Assembly (NCBI GenBank): GCA_963668025.2
Contig: CAXXTH010000017.1
Span: 928,001-992,000 of the forward strand
DNA length: 64,000 bases
Direction of reading: 5' to 3'
Source of the DNA: Candidatus Hydrogenedentota bacterium
GTDB lineage: Bacteria; Hydrogenedentota; Hydrogenedentia; Hydrogenedentales; SLHB01
Below the pieces are notes generated by a model. That model worked only from the letters and a program-made list of their open reading frames with translations. It did no database searches and was not told the origin of the DNA. Made by a program: the position numbers and the translations under genes. This document shows positions 63,576 to 64,000 of the stretch, piece by piece (position 1 is the first letter of the stretch; the number at the start of each line of letters is the position of its first letter).

Positions 63576-64000
63576 ATGAACGAAGCGCTTGTTTTTCAAA
63601 TTCAGCGGTTTTGCACGCACGATGGGCCCGGTGTTCGTACCACGGTGTTCCTCAAAGGCTGCCCGTTGCGCTGCGCGTGGTGTCATAACCCTGAATCGCA
63701 ACGCTTTGAAAAAGAGTTATCGTATTCACCGGCTTTATGCATTGGTTGTGGGGCATGCGTCCAGGCATGCCCCGCAGGCGCGCATCGCATCGTAGAGGGG
63801 CGGCATGTATTGGACCGCAGCCGCTGCCAAAGCTGTTTTCGATGCGTCCAGGCCTGTTCCGCCAGGGCCTTGGAGGCCGTGGGCCGGGAGCAATCAATCG
63901 AGTCCATCATGAAGGAAGTCGAGTCGGACCGCGTCTATTACGAAGAAACAGGGGGGGGATTGACCGTCTCCGGCGGCGAACCGCTGGCTCATTTTCCCTT
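63576..64000 (+). CDS. Glycyl-radical activating enzyme with ferredoxin insert (partial)
   Basis: IQRFCTHDGPGVRTTVFLKGCPLRCAWCHNPES, two CxxCxxCxxxC motifs, GGLTVSGGEP. Confidence 0.93.
   Translation, partial: MNEALVFQIQRFCTHDGPGVRTTVFLKGCPLRCAWCHNPESQRFEKELSYSPALCIGCGACVQACPAGAHRIVEGRHVLDRSRCQSCFRCVQACSARALEAVGREQSIESIMKEVESDRVYYEETGGGLTVSGGEPLAHFP

Overview
GC-rich bacterial chromosomal window, probably from an anaerobe, given the hydF/hydE, rex and glycyl-radical enzyme genes. Housekeeping blocks at 1-23.6 kb and 43-64 kb flank a ~19 kb mobile-element pile-up (23.8-42.9 kb) that starts at tRNA-Leu(CAA). The housekeeping genes include der, a pgsA-like gene, an FKBP PPIase, groESL, btaAB, hydF-hydE-rex, an rSAM/SPASM plus lipopeptide pair, DUF58/DUF4129, tRNA-Arg, corA, usp, an SSS symporter, ndk, bS22, purA, ROK, a sugar ABC SBP/permease pair, a decayed AbiE and AraC-GRE-activase. 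The pile-up holds five IS types, most with readable IRs and TSDs. It also holds an ORF-less group IIC intron interrupted by IS1380, directly followed by an RT-encoding IIC intron interrupted by IS4. An intact copy of the RT intron sits behind the purA terminator. Most notable: (1) a glycyl-radical enzyme with a clear twin-arginine (Tat) signal peptide next to its activase; (2) an rSAM/SPASM enzyme coupled to a lipoprotein with three XYG motifs (splicease-like); (3) the nested tandem intron array; (4) cargo genes bounded by nested inverted repeats or integron-like sites; (5) layered sigma54/UAS/CIRCE control of groESL. All calls were made by eye; no database searches were run.
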